Source: an uncultured Pseudomonadota bacterium (GTDB taxonomy: Bacteria; UBA10199; JADFYH01). From it: DNA of 64,000 nt. The stretch is taken from contig CAYLKF010000001.1 of assembly GCA_964384365.1 (NCBI GenBank), positions 124,163 to 188,162 on the forward strand, given 5' to 3'. The position numbers and the translations under genes were made by a program. Position 1 is the stretch's first letter; every line of letters begins with the position of its first letter. Below the pieces are notes generated by a model. It made no database searches, was not told where the DNA came from, and saw only the letters and a list, made by a program, of their open reading frames with translations. Below are positions 9,002 to 19,658 of the stretch, one piece after another.

Positions 9002-9541
9002 TTATAGGCTATCTTTTTCTCGCTTCTGGATTCGCTCAAAGGCTTGTAAAGTATCGGTACTTTTTAAAAGTTCCTCGACGAAGTTTTTATCCTGAAAAAC
9101 CCGTGAAATTCGGGCCAGGAGTTGAAGATGACTGCGAAACTCTTCTTGAGGAGAATAAAACAAGAAAAGAACTTTTACCCTCACCTTTTCATCTAAATCT
9201 TCATAGCCTTCTGGCATCAAAGCCAACACGGCTTTAATTCTCTCTAAACCTGCAATCCGCGCATGCGGGATGGCTAAGCCATTTTCCAAAACCGTTCGTC
9301 CTTCATGCTCTCGATCCCACAAGGCCCTTTGTAATTTTTCTAACTGCGGCATGAGATGATCTTGTTCGGCTAATCGATAAATCAAATCATTGAAAACGGC
9401 TTCTTTTTGGAGGGGCCCCGACACAATAAAGATGTGACTTGGGTTTAAGTATTCGCTCAATAATAAAGAAGAGTCTAAAGAACCATTTGAATGAGGTGGA
9501 TGATCTGAGATCATGAATACTCCTAAAATGTCCGATAACAA
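9002..9541 (-). CDS. ptsN: PTS EIIA(Ntr)-type protein (PtsN-like)
   Basis: LENGLAIPHARIAGLE contains the conserved phosphorylatable His of mannitol/fructose-type EIIA domains. About 180 aa. Confidence 0.7.
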   Translation of the reverse strand: MLSDILGVFMISDHPPHSNGSLDSSLLLSEYLNPSHIFIVSGPLQKEAVFNDLIYRLAEQDHLMPQLEKLQRALWDREHEGRTVLENGLAIPHARIAGLERIKAVLALMPEGYEDLDEKVRVKVLFLFYSPQEEFRSHLQLLARISRVFQDKNFVEELLKSTDTLQAFERIQKREKDSL

Positions 9542-9757
9542 TCTTGGCTGGCCATAATTTTTTACCTCACAAACTCCACCCTTGACACATCGTGTCGTAT
9601 ACTTTTTCTATCTATATTTCAAGTACATTGAGCTATTTTTCTCTTATTTTTTAAAGTTATTCTCCCTAAAAAATTTACCCTTTTATAAAAAACACTTTCC
9701 CGTAAGCCCCCGTTTTGTTTTAAAATATTAGTTCAAACTCTTTTTTAGCACCGAGGC

Positions 9758-11245
9758 TTGAAACAAATGAAATGGAACAAAACTAAAATTTACTTTGTGC
9801 TTTTTGGGCTTGTTGGCCTACTGATTTTCTCCGAATACCATAATAAAGGCGTAAGTAGCGTTCCCCCTCCTCCCCGTCATTCAAATCAGACGCTTTTCAT
9901 TGCCTTAGACGGAGTTCCCTACTCAATGATGGAAAAGCTTCATAAAGAAGGAGGCCTTTCCTCGTTTAACTCCCCCACTCGATTAATTGCGACTTTTCCT
10001 TCAACCACTACCACGGGATTCACAGGCTTATTTAAATCGATTGGTGCCCAAAAATCGCCAGGTTACGATGCCAAATTTTTCTCTTATCTTCAAAACCACG
10101 TGAAAGGAAACTTACTTGAAGCTTACGATTATGAGGCAGCCGATTATAACCGTTTCTTTTTTTACAATAGGAATACGGGCCTCCAACAAGTTGTCATGTA
10201 TACGGCCCCTTCATTTGCCCTAAAAAGTGATCTCAAAGAAATACAACCCTATCTTTGGGAACATCCCGAACAAGAAGCTTTATTCTTTTATGTGGGTGCA
10301 ACCGATGGCACGGGGCATCTTGATGGGCCAGAAGATACCGAGAATTTAGTCCGCTATACTTTAAAAGAAATCGCGGCACTCCGAGAAAACTATCGTCAAG
10401 CCTTTGATCAAGATCTTCAAATCGTTTTGTTCTCTGATCATGGTTTTTATTGGGACAAACTCAAAAAAATCGATATTTCAGAGGTTGAAGAGCGTTTAAG
10501 CAACATGGGGCTCAAGCTCTCCGAAGATTTAAAATATGACAATCATGTGGTGGCAATCACTTGGGGAAATATTAGCGGCGGCGATTTTTACACTTTTGAA
10601 AAACAGATTCCGCAGGTTGCCTCGATGTTGATCGATATCGAAGGGGTTGATCTTGTTAATTACAAAATTGGCGACAAGATTTTTGTAAGTGCTAACCGAA
10701 ATGGAATCTTTACTTTAGCAGAAGTAGTTTACAGCCCCGATGGCAAAAATTTTTCTTACCGCGCTTTAGCAGGTGACCCTCTAGGCTATCTACCGCTTCA
10801 AGAAGAATTAAAAAAAGAAGGAAAGCTCAACCAAGAAGGATTTGCTTCTGAAAAAGATTGGTTTGCCAAAAGTAATGCCCACCAGTATCCCGATGCGCTT
10901 TATCGATTGTGGGATGCCTACTATGGATTAGTGCAAAATCCTGCAACCCTCTTAATTTCTACTCATGAAAATTATGAATTTGGAGATGAGCTCACCCGCT
11001 TTGGTGCTTCTTTACGCGGTGGCATGCACGGAACTCATGGAGCGCTTGCTATTCATTCATCGAGTTCTTTTTTAGCAACCACCAATTCTTCCGTTTCGCT
11101 TCCACCAGTGCTTCGCTACGACCAAGCCTTGGTTCCTTTTGAAAAACCCATTCTCAATACTTTACGCCGGAATGAAGAAGAACATAAATATCGGCAAATT
11201 GCCCTACCCACCGACTTTCCTACCCCTGCCGACGGCGGGTATTGA
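9758..11245 (+). CDS. Membrane-anchored alkaline-phosphatase-superfamily protein (phosphodiesterase / nucleotide pyrophosphatase-like)
   Basis: N-terminal TM segment. ALDGVPYS...FPSTTTTGFTGL resembles the metal-ligand and catalytic-Thr region of type I phosphodiesterase/NPP enzymes. Confidence 0.5.
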   Translation: MKQMKWNKTKIYFVLFGLVGLLIFSEYHNKGVSSVPPPPRHSNQTLFIALDGVPYSMMEKLHKEGGLSSFNSPTRLIATFPSTTTTGFTGLFKSIGAQKSPGYDAKFFSYLQNHVKGNLLEAYDYEAADYNRFFFYNRNTGLQQVVMYTAPSFALKSDLKEIQPYLWEHPEQEALFFYVGATDGTGHLDGPEDTENLVRYTLKEIAALRENYRQAFDQDLQIVLFSDHGFYWDKLKKIDISEVEERLSNMGLKLSEDLKYDNHVVAITWGNISGGDFYTFEKQIPQVASMLIDIEGVDLVNYKIGDKIFVSANRNGIFTLAEVVYSPDGKNFSYRALAGDPLGYLPLQEELKKEGKLNQEGFASEKDWFAKSNAHQYPDALYRLWDAYYGLVQNPATLLISTHENYEFGDELTRFGASLRGGMHGTHGALAIHSSSSFLATTNSSVSLPPVLRYDQALVPFEKPILNTLRRNEEEHKYRQIALPTDFPTPADGGY

Positions 11246-11353
11246 CGCTCAAAAAAACTCCAAGCGCAAGGCGCAACCAGAGCACATTTGAAATGTATGT
11301 GAAGATCGACGACAAGACACCAACGCCGCAATTAGGCTTTTTCAGGGTCAATT

Positions 11354-12726
<1,373 letters not shown>

Positions 12727-14316
12727 TCATAAAGAAACTTGTTTCACCGATAGGATATTGGGAAGCTTAGAAAGCAAAGCTAAAACTTCTGTAGAGCAAT
12801 CCTGATCTACATTGTAGAGGGCCATCGCTTCGGCTTTATCTTTCACCAAACCCAGCTGCATACGCGCAATATTCACCTTATTTTGGCCCAAGAGAGTTCC
12901 AATACTTCCCACAACGCCCGGTTTATCTTGGTTGTGAACTACCAAAATATGCCCTTCGGGAACTGCTTCAAGATAGAAATCATCTAAGCGAACAATACGA
13001 GCATTGTTGGCACCAAAAATAGTTCCTGAAATAGAGCGAGACTGCTTAGGACTTTTCACCGTAATTTCAATCAAGTTTTTGAAATCTTTTCCTTCACTCA
13101 GTTTCGATTCGGTAATTTTGATTCCTCTCTCTTTTGCAATAAAGGGAGCATTTACATAATTTACACTGACATCTTCGAGAATAGGTTCGAGTATCCCTTT
13201 TAAAATAGAAACCGTGAGAGGAGCAACAGGCAACGAGGAAAGCTCACCGGAATACTCTATTAAAATTTCTTGAGGAGAAGAGTCTGCGAGCTGACCTTGC
13301 ACTTTGCCAAGCTTTTCAGCAAGAGAAAGATAAGGCGCTAAAACCCGCATATGTTCTGCACTCACCGACGGGAAGTTCACTGCGTTTTTCACCACGCCTT
13401 TTACGAAGTATTCCACCATCTGCTCGGCCACTTCAATCGCCACATTTTCTTGGGCTTCGTCAGTAGAGGCACCCAGATGCGGTGTGCAAACGACTTGATC
13501 GAGTTTCAAAAGCGGATGATCCGGATTAATTGGCTCTTGTTCAAAAACATCGAGCGCGGCTCCCGCCACAATCCCTTCTTGAATAGCAGAAACCAAAGCT
13601 TCTTCATTCACGATGCCGCCGCGGGCACAGTTAATCAAGTAAACCCCACGTTTCATTTTTCCGAAAGCAGCGCGGTCGATAAGATTGCGGGTTTTATCAT
13701 TTAAAGGAGTATGAATTGTGATGAAATCGGCTTTGCTTAAAAGAGTATCGAGCTCTAAAAGCTCAATCCCCATTTTATCGGCCGTTTCTGCGGAAAGAAA
13801 CGGATCATACACACTCACTTTCATTTTCAAGCCCAAGGCACGATCGGCAACAATCTTACCAATATTCCCCATTCCCACAACGCCCAATACTTTATTGTAG
13901 AGTTCTACTCCCACAAATTTCGTTTTTTCCCATTTACCCGCTTTCATGCTGGCGGTTGCTTGTGGAATTTTGCGGGCCATGGCGCACATCATCGAAACAG
14001 CGTGTTCTGCAGTGGTAACCACATTTCCGCCCGGAGTATTTTCAACGATAATTCCCCGTTTTGAAGCCGCCACTGTATCAACATTGTCGACTCCAATTCC
14101 TGCACGCCCAATGATTTTGAGTTTATCTGCTGCCGATAAAAGATCGGCAGTTACTTTGGTACCTGATCGAATCACCAAGCCATCATACTCTCCAATAATC
14201 TTTTTAAGCTCGTCGGGTTTTAGGCCTGATTTGGTTTCGACTTCTAATCCCGGAGCGCTTTTTAAAATTTTAAGTCCTGCATCCGAGAGTTTGTCTGAAA
14301 TTAAAATTTTTGGCAT
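12727..14316 (-). CDS. serA: D-3-phosphoglycerate dehydrogenase with C-terminal ACT domain
   Basis: 529 aa. It has a 2-hydroxyacid dehydrogenase NAD-binding GxGxxG (GVVGMGNIGK), catalytic-region motifs and an ACT-like C-terminus. Confidence 0.9.
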   Translation of the reverse strand: MPKILISDKLSDAGLKILKSAPGLEVETKSGLKPDELKKIIGEYDGLVIRSGTKVTADLLSAADKLKIIGRAGIGVDNVDTVAASKRGIIVENTPGGNVVTTAEHAVSMMCAMARKIPQATASMKAGKWEKTKFVGVELYNKVLGVVGMGNIGKIVADRALGLKMKVSVYDPFLSAETADKMGIELLELDTLLSKADFITIHTPLNDKTRNLIDRAAFGKMKRGVYLINCARGGIVNEEALVSAIQEGIVAGAALDVFEQEPINPDHPLLKLDQVVCTPHLGASTDEAQENVAIEVAEQMVEYFVKGVVKNAVNFPSVSAEHMRVLAPYLSLAEKLGKVQGQLADSSPQEILIEYSGELSSLPVAPLTVSILKGILEPILEDVSVNYVNAPFIAKERGIKITESKLSEGKDFKNLIEITVKSPKQSRSISGTIFGANNARIVRLDDFYLEAVPEGHILVVHNQDKPGVVGSIGTLLGQNKVNIARMQLGLVKDKAEAMALYNVDQDCSTEVLALLSKLPNILSVKQVSL

Positions 14317-14367
14317 ATAATTGATTCCCTTTTTGAATCCCCTCCTCTTAAGTTTAAAAGGAAGGTG

Positions 14368-14426
14368 GGAGGAGTTGTGTAACTTTTCACAACTCCTCCT
14401 AGCCCCCTCTTCATCTGAAGAGGGGG
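14368..14426 (-). terminator. Tandem stem-loops downstream of the aminotransferase gene (candidate intrinsic terminator)
   Basis: GGAGGAGTTGTG-taactttt-CACAACTCCTCC and CCCCCTCTT-catctg-AAGAGGGGG are perfect inverted repeats. A T-rich stretch follows on the minus strand. Confidence 0.5.
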
Positions 14427-14433
14427 AAAATAT

Positions 14434-15576
14434 TTACGAAGCTAATACTTTTAACGCCGCGCCCACGCCTTTTCCAAGCTCAAGTTTATAACCATTTTTC
14501 AACAGAGTAATTTCAATGGCAGAGAGCACACTCACCATATCCATGGGGTCATAATAACCCAAATGACCCACCCTGAAAATTTTGCCCTTCGCGGCATCTT
14601 GCCCACCGGCAATAGTCATATTGAATTGATCGCGCAAGCCCTTCACAATTTTACCGGCTTCCATGCCTTCGGGTGCCCAAACAGCGGTCACCGCATTTGA
14701 AGGCGATTCGGGCGCATAGAGTTTTAGCCCCATGGCTTTTAATCCTTCGCGGCAAGCATCTGCCAAGAGTTGGTGCTTTTTCCAGATTCCTTCATAACCC
14801 ATCGCGCGCATCGATTTTAAGACTTCATTCAATCCAATAATGAGCGACACCGCAGGTGTATAGGCCGTGGTATTCTCATCCATCGATTTCTTTTCTTTTT
14901 TGAAGTCAAAATAAAACTTGGGAATATCGGACTTCTCAATCAGGCTCCAGGCCTTTTGAGAGACCGAGGCAAAAGCCAAACCCGGCGGCAACATCAAGGC
15001 TTTTTGAGAACCCGAAACAACAATATCTAGGCCCCATTCATCCACTGGCAGATTCACGACACCCAAGGCCGTGATGGCATCGACAACCAGTGCTGTATTT
15101 GGATATTTCTTTACCAGATCTGCAATTGCTTTTACCGGATGCGCAACGCCTGTTGAGGTTTCAGAAGCCGTCATAAATACAGCCCGGTAATCGGCCGATT
15201 TCAATTTTTCTTCTACAACTTTGGGATCAACTGATTTTCCCCAATCGACCTTAATCACTTCATAAGCAAGCCCATAGGCTTTACAAATCTTCCACCAACG
15301 CTCTCCGAATTTTCCGCCATCAATTACGAGCGCTTTATCATTTTTGCTCATCAGATTGATGACAGAGCCTTCCATGGCTCCGGTGCCCGAAGCGGCAAGT
15401 AATAAAACATCCGACTTCGTTTGATAAAGCCATTTCAAGTTTTCTTTCACTTCGGCCACGATGGCTTCAAAACCCGCTGTGCGGTGGTGAATAATGGGCT
15501 CTGCCATCTTCACTAAAACTTTTTCAGGAACGGGTGTAGGGCCTGGGGCTAATAAACGATATTTATAGAGCGACAT
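14434..15576 (-). CDS. serC: Class-V aminotransferase, likely phosphoserine aminotransferase given its position next to serA
   Basis: 380 aa in the alanine-glyoxylate/serine-pyruvate aminotransferase fold, with a PLP-lysine region. A strong SD (TAAGGAG) precedes the ATG. It is adjacent to serA. Confidence 0.75.
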   Translation of the reverse strand: MSLYKYRLLAPGPTPVPEKVLVKMAEPIIHHRTAGFEAIVAEVKENLKWLYQTKSDVLLLAASGTGAMEGSVINLMSKNDKALVIDGGKFGERWWKICKAYGLAYEVIKVDWGKSVDPKVVEEKLKSADYRAVFMTASETSTGVAHPVKAIADLVKKYPNTALVVDAITALGVVNLPVDEWGLDIVVSGSQKALMLPPGLAFASVSQKAWSLIEKSDIPKFYFDFKKEKKSMDENTTAYTPAVSLIIGLNEVLKSMRAMGYEGIWKKHQLLADACREGLKAMGLKLYAPESPSNAVTAVWAPEGMEAGKIVKGLRDQFNMTIAGGQDAAKGKIFRVGHLGYYDPMDMVSVLSAIEITLLKNGYKLELGKGVGAALKVLAS

Positions 15577-15607
15577 TTTTTCTCCTTATTTCTGTAATAA
15601 TTTTCTT

Positions 15608-15648
15608 AATCTCAATCGCAACGCATTCAACTTAATAAATCCTTCTGC
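15608..15648. repeat. 41-bp direct repeat duplicating the last 14 codons of argG in its 3' flank
   Basis: AATCTCAATCGCAACGCATTCAACTTAATAAATCCTTCTGC occurs at 15608–15648 and at 15751–15791. The second copy is inside argG. A GC-rich hairpin-forming ~100-bp spacer lies between them. Confidence 0.6.
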
Positions 15649-15725
15649 GGCTTTCACAAGGGGCTCGCGTCGCCCCCTCCATCGGCAAAGCCGTTGGAGC
15701 CTCCCCCTCTCGCAGCCTGTGGCTG

Positions 15726-16928
15726 CTAGTTCTTTTGTAAAAGTTTGCGCAATCTCAATCGCAACGCATTCAACTTAATAAATCCTTCTGCATCTGCTTG
15801 GTTATAAACGGTGTCTTTTTCGAAGGTGGCAAAGGCTTCTGAAAAAAGAGAATGGGGAGATTTACGTCCTACCACCATACAATTCCCTTTATAAAGTTTA
15901 AGCCTTGCGGTGCCTGAAACTTTTTGTTGCGCATCATCGATCAAATTTTGCAGAAGCTCCCGTTCCGGCGCATACCAAAATCCGTTATAAACGAGTGTGG
16001 CATATTGGGGGATTAAACTATCGCGAATTTTCAAAACTTCTCGATCGAGGGTTAACGATTCGATCGCTCGGTGCGCCGCATGAAGCACTGTGCAGCCTGG
16101 AGTTTCATACACACCGCGACTTTTCATCCCGACAAAACGATTTTCCACCATATCGACTCTGCCAATTCCGTTGGCTCCAGCAATTTCGTTGAGTTTTTCA
16201 ATTAAAGCCGCCGGGCTTAATTTTTTTCCATCAAGGGCAACCGGATTTCCTTTTTCATATTCCACTTCAATATAAGTAGGCTTATCAGGTGCTTTTTCAG
16301 GAGAAACCGAAAGAACAAACATGCTTTCGGGGGGTTCTGCCCAAGGATCTTCTAAAATTCCCCCTTCAAAACTGATATGCATTAAATTTCGATCAGAGCT
16401 GTAAGGCTTCTCTTTGGTAACCGGCACCGGAATCCCATGTTTTTCAGCATAAGCAATCAAATCGGAGCGCGATTTAAATTCCCATTCGCGCCAAGGCGCA
16501 ATAATTTTCACATCGGGCTTCATTGCAAAGGCGGTTAATTCAAAACGAACCTGATCATTACCTTTACCCGTGGCACCATGAGCAATCGCATCGGCCTTTT
16601 CTTTGGCCAAGACTTCCATTTGTTTTTTGGCAATTAAAGGGCGCGCAATGGATGTGCCTAAAAGATAAATCCCCTCGTAAATCGCATTGGCACGCAACAT
16701 CGGAAAAATAAAATCGCGGGCAAATTCTTCTTTTAAATCTTCAACGTAACACTTGCTCGCTCCTGTTTTGAGCGCCTTCTCTTTCACCGGAGCCACTTCT
16801 TCGCCTTGGCCAAGATCGGCCACAAAGGCAATCACTTCACATTGATATTTTTCTTTGAGCCATTGAATAATAACGGAGGTATCGAGTCCGCCCGAGTAAG
16901 CAAGCACTACTTTTTGAATTGGAGGCAT
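15726..16928 (-). CDS. argG: Argininosuccinate synthase
   Basis: [11 protein letters not shown]-loop motif and a full-length 400-aa ArgG architecture. Confidence 0.9.
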   Translation of the reverse strand: MPPIQKVVLAYSGGLDTSVIIQWLKEKYQCEVIAFVADLGQGEEVAPVKEKALKTGASKCYVEDLKEEFARDFIFPMLRANAIYEGIYLLGTSIARPLIAKKQMEVLAKEKADAIAHGATGKGNDQVRFELTAFAMKPDVKIIAPWREWEFKSRSDLIAYAEKHGIPVPVTKEKPYSSDRNLMHISFEGGILEDPWAEPPESMFVLSVSPEKAPDKPTYIEVEYEKGNPVALDGKKLSPAALIEKLNEIAGANGIGRVDMVENRFVGMKSRGVYETPGCTVLHAAHRAIESLTLDREVLKIRDSLIPQYATLVYNGFWYAPERELLQNLIDDAQQKVSGTARLKLYKGNCMVVGRKSPHSLFSEAFATFEKDTVYNQADAEGFIKLNALRLRLRKLLQKN

Positions 16929-17030
16929 AAGGTATGAAGTTGTAAGGCATAGGCAGCAAGTGGTAAGGAAATATTAAACGATTAACTCCTTAACACTCAT
17001 CACTTAACACTTACGACTTGAAAATCGCCC
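16929..17030. repeat. Heptamer inverted arrays (…TAAGG… then …CTTAACA…) abutting the argG start codon
   Basis: cataaggtatgaagttgtaaggcat...ggtaagg is followed by ctccttaacactcatcacttaacacttacgactt. Same architecture as the repeats at 12644 and 38232. Confidence 0.5.
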
Positions 17031-17124
17031 GCGCTTGGTAGCATGGGCAATAAAGCTCGTCAAGAAGAGGAAAGATGAAAAAAGATATTGGAAAAAAATC
17101 CTTTTTTCTAGTTAAGATAGGCAA

Positions 17125-18369
17125 ATGCTAGGCTCTCAAAACCCCATTAAAATTAGCCGTTGGCCGAGTGAAACCCCGCTCACCTGGATTACCGGAATTT
17201 TCGCCGCTTTTTTCTGGTTTGTCCTCTTAGTGAGTCTTTTCGGAATTCTTTATGCCCTCTTACTAGGATTAATCTTCTTTTTTGCGCACGTTGGCTTTAT
17301 CTACCATGTCCGTGGAAATGGAGTTAGGCTTTCTGCCGAACAATTTCCTGAACTTTATAAAAGTGTTGAGGGGCTCTCTCAACGCATGGGTTTTCAGCAA
17401 ACTCCCGAAGCTTATTTGATTCAAGAAGGTGGCATCTTAAATGCCTTAGCCACCCGTTTTTTTAAGGCCGATCTCATCGTGCTTTTTTCAGAACTGATTG
17501 ATGCCTGTGGAGACGATCAGGCTGCCCGCGATATGATTATTGCCCACGAGCTAGGGCACTTAAAAGAAGGACATTTGCGCTGGCATTGGTTCTTTCTTCC
17601 AGGCTACTTTATCCCTTTTCTGGGTAGCGCCCTCTCCCGTGCCCGCGAATACACTTGCGATCGTTATGGCTTGGCAGGCGCGGGAAACACTGAGGGCGCT
17701 TTAAAAGGTTTGGCAATTCTTGCGGCCGGAGCCAAACAAGGACCCCGAATCAACCTCAAAGCTTTTGCCGAACAAGCCCATGTGTTAAATACGGGCTGGA
17801 TGACATTGGGAGAATGGTTTGCCACCCACCCCCCTCTTTCAAAACGAGTCATTGCCCTCTCTCCGGAGCTCAAACCGAAAGAAGATTACACTCAACGCGG
17901 TGTACTCCGTGCTTTTGGGATTATCGGTTTAGTGTATGGAATACCGGTAGCAATCGGCCTATTGATTATTTTGGGGGTTGGCATTTTTCAACTTTCTTCT
18001 CCCAAAAAGTCTCACGATCTGAAGGAGAAAGAAAAACAAGAAGAAAACCTCGATCCGTTCCGAGATCAAGCACGGGCGGATGTAAAAAGTTTGGCTACTG
18101 TGGCTGAAAAATTTTGGAAATCGACAGGTTCTGCCCCCAACAGTTTAGAAGAACTTGAAAAGCTCTGGAAAAAAGAGCATCCAGACAAAACGCTGCCGAT
18201 TGATCCTTATACAAAAGGAAATTACGTTTACAAATTGATCATCGAAGATGGAAAACAAGACTTCGAAATTTCAACACCTGGCCCTGACGGCGAAATCGAG
18301 ACGGAAGACGATGTATATTTTCTTCATTCTTTAAATGAAGAGCGATTAGAAAAGAAGAAAGAGCAATAA
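17125..18369 (+). CDS. M48-family (HtpX-like) zinc metalloprotease fused to a C-terminal GspG-like pseudopilin globular domain
   Basis: N-terminal TM helices, HELGHLKEGH (HExxH) and the THPPLSKR motif typical of HtpX. The C-terminal ~110 aa (ARADVKSLATVAEKFW...LPIDPYTKGNYVYKLI...STPGPDGEIETEDDVY) match the conserved C-terminus of T2SS major pseudopilin GspG (DPWGxxYxY...GPDG...DD). Confidence 0.7.
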   Translation: MLGSQNPIKISRWPSETPLTWITGIFAAFFWFVLLVSLFGILYALLLGLIFFFAHVGFIYHVRGNGVRLSAEQFPELYKSVEGLSQRMGFQQTPEAYLIQEGGILNALATRFFKADLIVLFSELIDACGDDQAARDMIIAHELGHLKEGHLRWHWFFLPGYFIPFLGSALSRAREYTCDRYGLAGAGNTEGALKGLAILAAGAKQGPRINLKAFAEQAHVLNTGWMTLGEWFATHPPLSKRVIALSPELKPKEDYTQRGVLRAFGIIGLVYGIPVAIGLLIILGVGIFQLSSPKKSHDLKEKEKQEENLDPFRDQARADVKSLATVAEKFWKSTGSAPNSLEELEKLWKKEHPDKTLPIDPYTKGNYVYKLIIEDGKQDFEISTPGPDGEIETEDDVYFLHSLNEERLEKKKEQ

Positions 18370-18437
18370 GTAAGGCCGTAAATCCTCTTCATCATCGTCA
18401 CGAGCGATTGTACTGCAAGGCGAGGCGGTGGGTCCCG

Positions 18438-18655
18438 TTTTCCACAGCGTACAGAGACGTACGCAAGGAAAAATGGGGGAACCGCAACACCGCAGGACGA
18501 TTGCATAGTAGGCTAAGAAAAAAAGTCTAATGACCATATGTTACAGTACATGTCTATTCACAGCTTTTAAACAGTTGTGGATAGATTTAGATTTTACAAA
18601 TGTTTTCAATAGGTTAGTTAAAATTTAAGATTTTATCCACAGAGGCTTTCCACAA
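18438..18655. promoter_or_regulatory. Cluster of DnaA-box-like 9-mers upstream of the kinase–deaminase operon
   Basis: TTTTCCACA (18438–18446), CTATCCACA on the minus strand (18576–18584), a perfect TTATCCACA (18633–18641) and TTTCCACAA (18647–18655), all in an AT-rich leader. Confidence 0.4.
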
Positions 18656-18665
18656 GAGGGTATAT

Positions 18666-19658
18666 ATGATTATCGGACTCACTGGCAAAAATGCATCGGG
18701 TAAAGGAGAGGTCGCCACCTTTTTTAAAGAAGGAGGGTTTCAATATTATTCCCTCTCAGATGTGTTGCGAGAAGAACTCAGTTCGCAAAAAAAACCGATT
18801 ACTCGTGAAAATTTACTCGAAATCGGAACAGAACTTCGCAAAAAATTTGGCCCGGGAGTTTTGGCTTCGAAGATTTTAGCCAAGCTTGATGTCGATCAAA
18901 ATTATGTGATCGATTCTTTTCGAAACCCCAGTGAAGTTGAAGCCTTTCGGAGTCAGAAAAATTTTCATTTAATTCATGTGACAGCTCTCCCTGAAACACG
19001 TTTTGAAAGAATCAAAACACGAAAACGAGAAAGTGATCCAACCACTCTCGAAGAATTTATCAAACTGGAAGCCCGAGAAGCCAACAGCACCGATCCAAAC
19101 GCTCAACAACTGGATGCCACGGGAAAACTACGCGATGTGGAAATTGAAAATAACTCCACTTTAGAAGATCTTCATAAAAACTTAAAAGAGATCATCCGCA
19201 AACTTTCTTCGGCCCAAACCCGCCCCAGCTGGGACGAATACTTCATGAATATCGCAAAAGTTGTTGCGCTTCGCTCGAATTGTTTAAAACGGAAAGTAGC
19301 GGCCGTTATCGTCAAAGATCGCCGAATTATCTCGACAGGCTATAACGGAACGCCGCGTGGTGTAAAGAATTGCAACGAAGGCGGTTGCCCACGTTGCAAC
19401 AGTTTCGCAAAATCGGGCTCTGGCCTAGAAGATTGTTACTGCTCTCATGCAGAGGAAAATTCGATTACCCAAGCGGCCTATCATGGCGTGAATATTAAAG
19501 AGGGAAGCATTTACACCACTTTTTCGCCCTGTTTACTCTGCACGAAGATGATTATTAATTCAGGCATACAAGAAGTGGTTTATTCCCAAGCCTATCCGTT
19601 AGGCGATGCAGCACTCAAAATTTTGAAAGATGCAGGAGTTCAGCTCCGCAAACTTTAA
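18666..19658 (+). CDS. Bifunctional protein: N-terminal P-loop nucleoside/nucleotide kinase-like domain fused to dCMP deaminase
   Basis: Walker A GLTGKNASGKG at residues 4–14, resembling dephospho-CoA kinase/dNMP kinase. The C-terminal half has the HAEENS...PCLLC zinc-binding CDA motifs and matches ComEB/dCMP deaminase. Confidence 0.75.
   Translation: MIIGLTGKNASGKGEVATFFKEGGFQYYSLSDVLREELSSQKKPITRENLLEIGTELRKKFGPGVLASKILAKLDVDQNYVIDSFRNPSEVEAFRSQKNFHLIHVTALPETRFERIKTRKRESDPTTLEEFIKLEAREANSTDPNAQQLDATGKLRDVEIENNSTLEDLHKNLKEIIRKLSSAQTRPSWDEYFMNIAKVVALRSNCLKRKVAAVIVKDRRIISTGYNGTPRGVKNCNEGGCPRCNSFAKSGSGLEDCYCSHAEENSITQAAYHGVNIKEGSIYTTFSPCLLCTKMIINSGIQEVVYSQAYPLGDAALKILKDAGVQLRKL

Noticed and set aside
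18370-18470. GC-rich ~100-nt segment after the M48 gene, considered as a possible small RNA gene (tmRNA, SRP, 6S or RNase P).
   Set aside because: None of the conserved sequence blocks of those RNAs is present (no GGUGCUGUUUACCAGG-like SRP motif, no tmRNA tag-like region, no RNase P P4). It is more likely a 3' UTR or terminator structure (GCGTAC-agagac-GTACGC). It is retained only as part of the DnaA-box observation.
18438-18655. Interpreting the DnaA-box cluster as the chromosomal origin (oriC).
   Set aside because: No dnaA, dnaN, gidA or parAB genes are nearby. Only four boxes are present, and GC skew cannot be computed from this window alone. It is kept as a regulatory/DnaA-binding candidate rather than called oriC.
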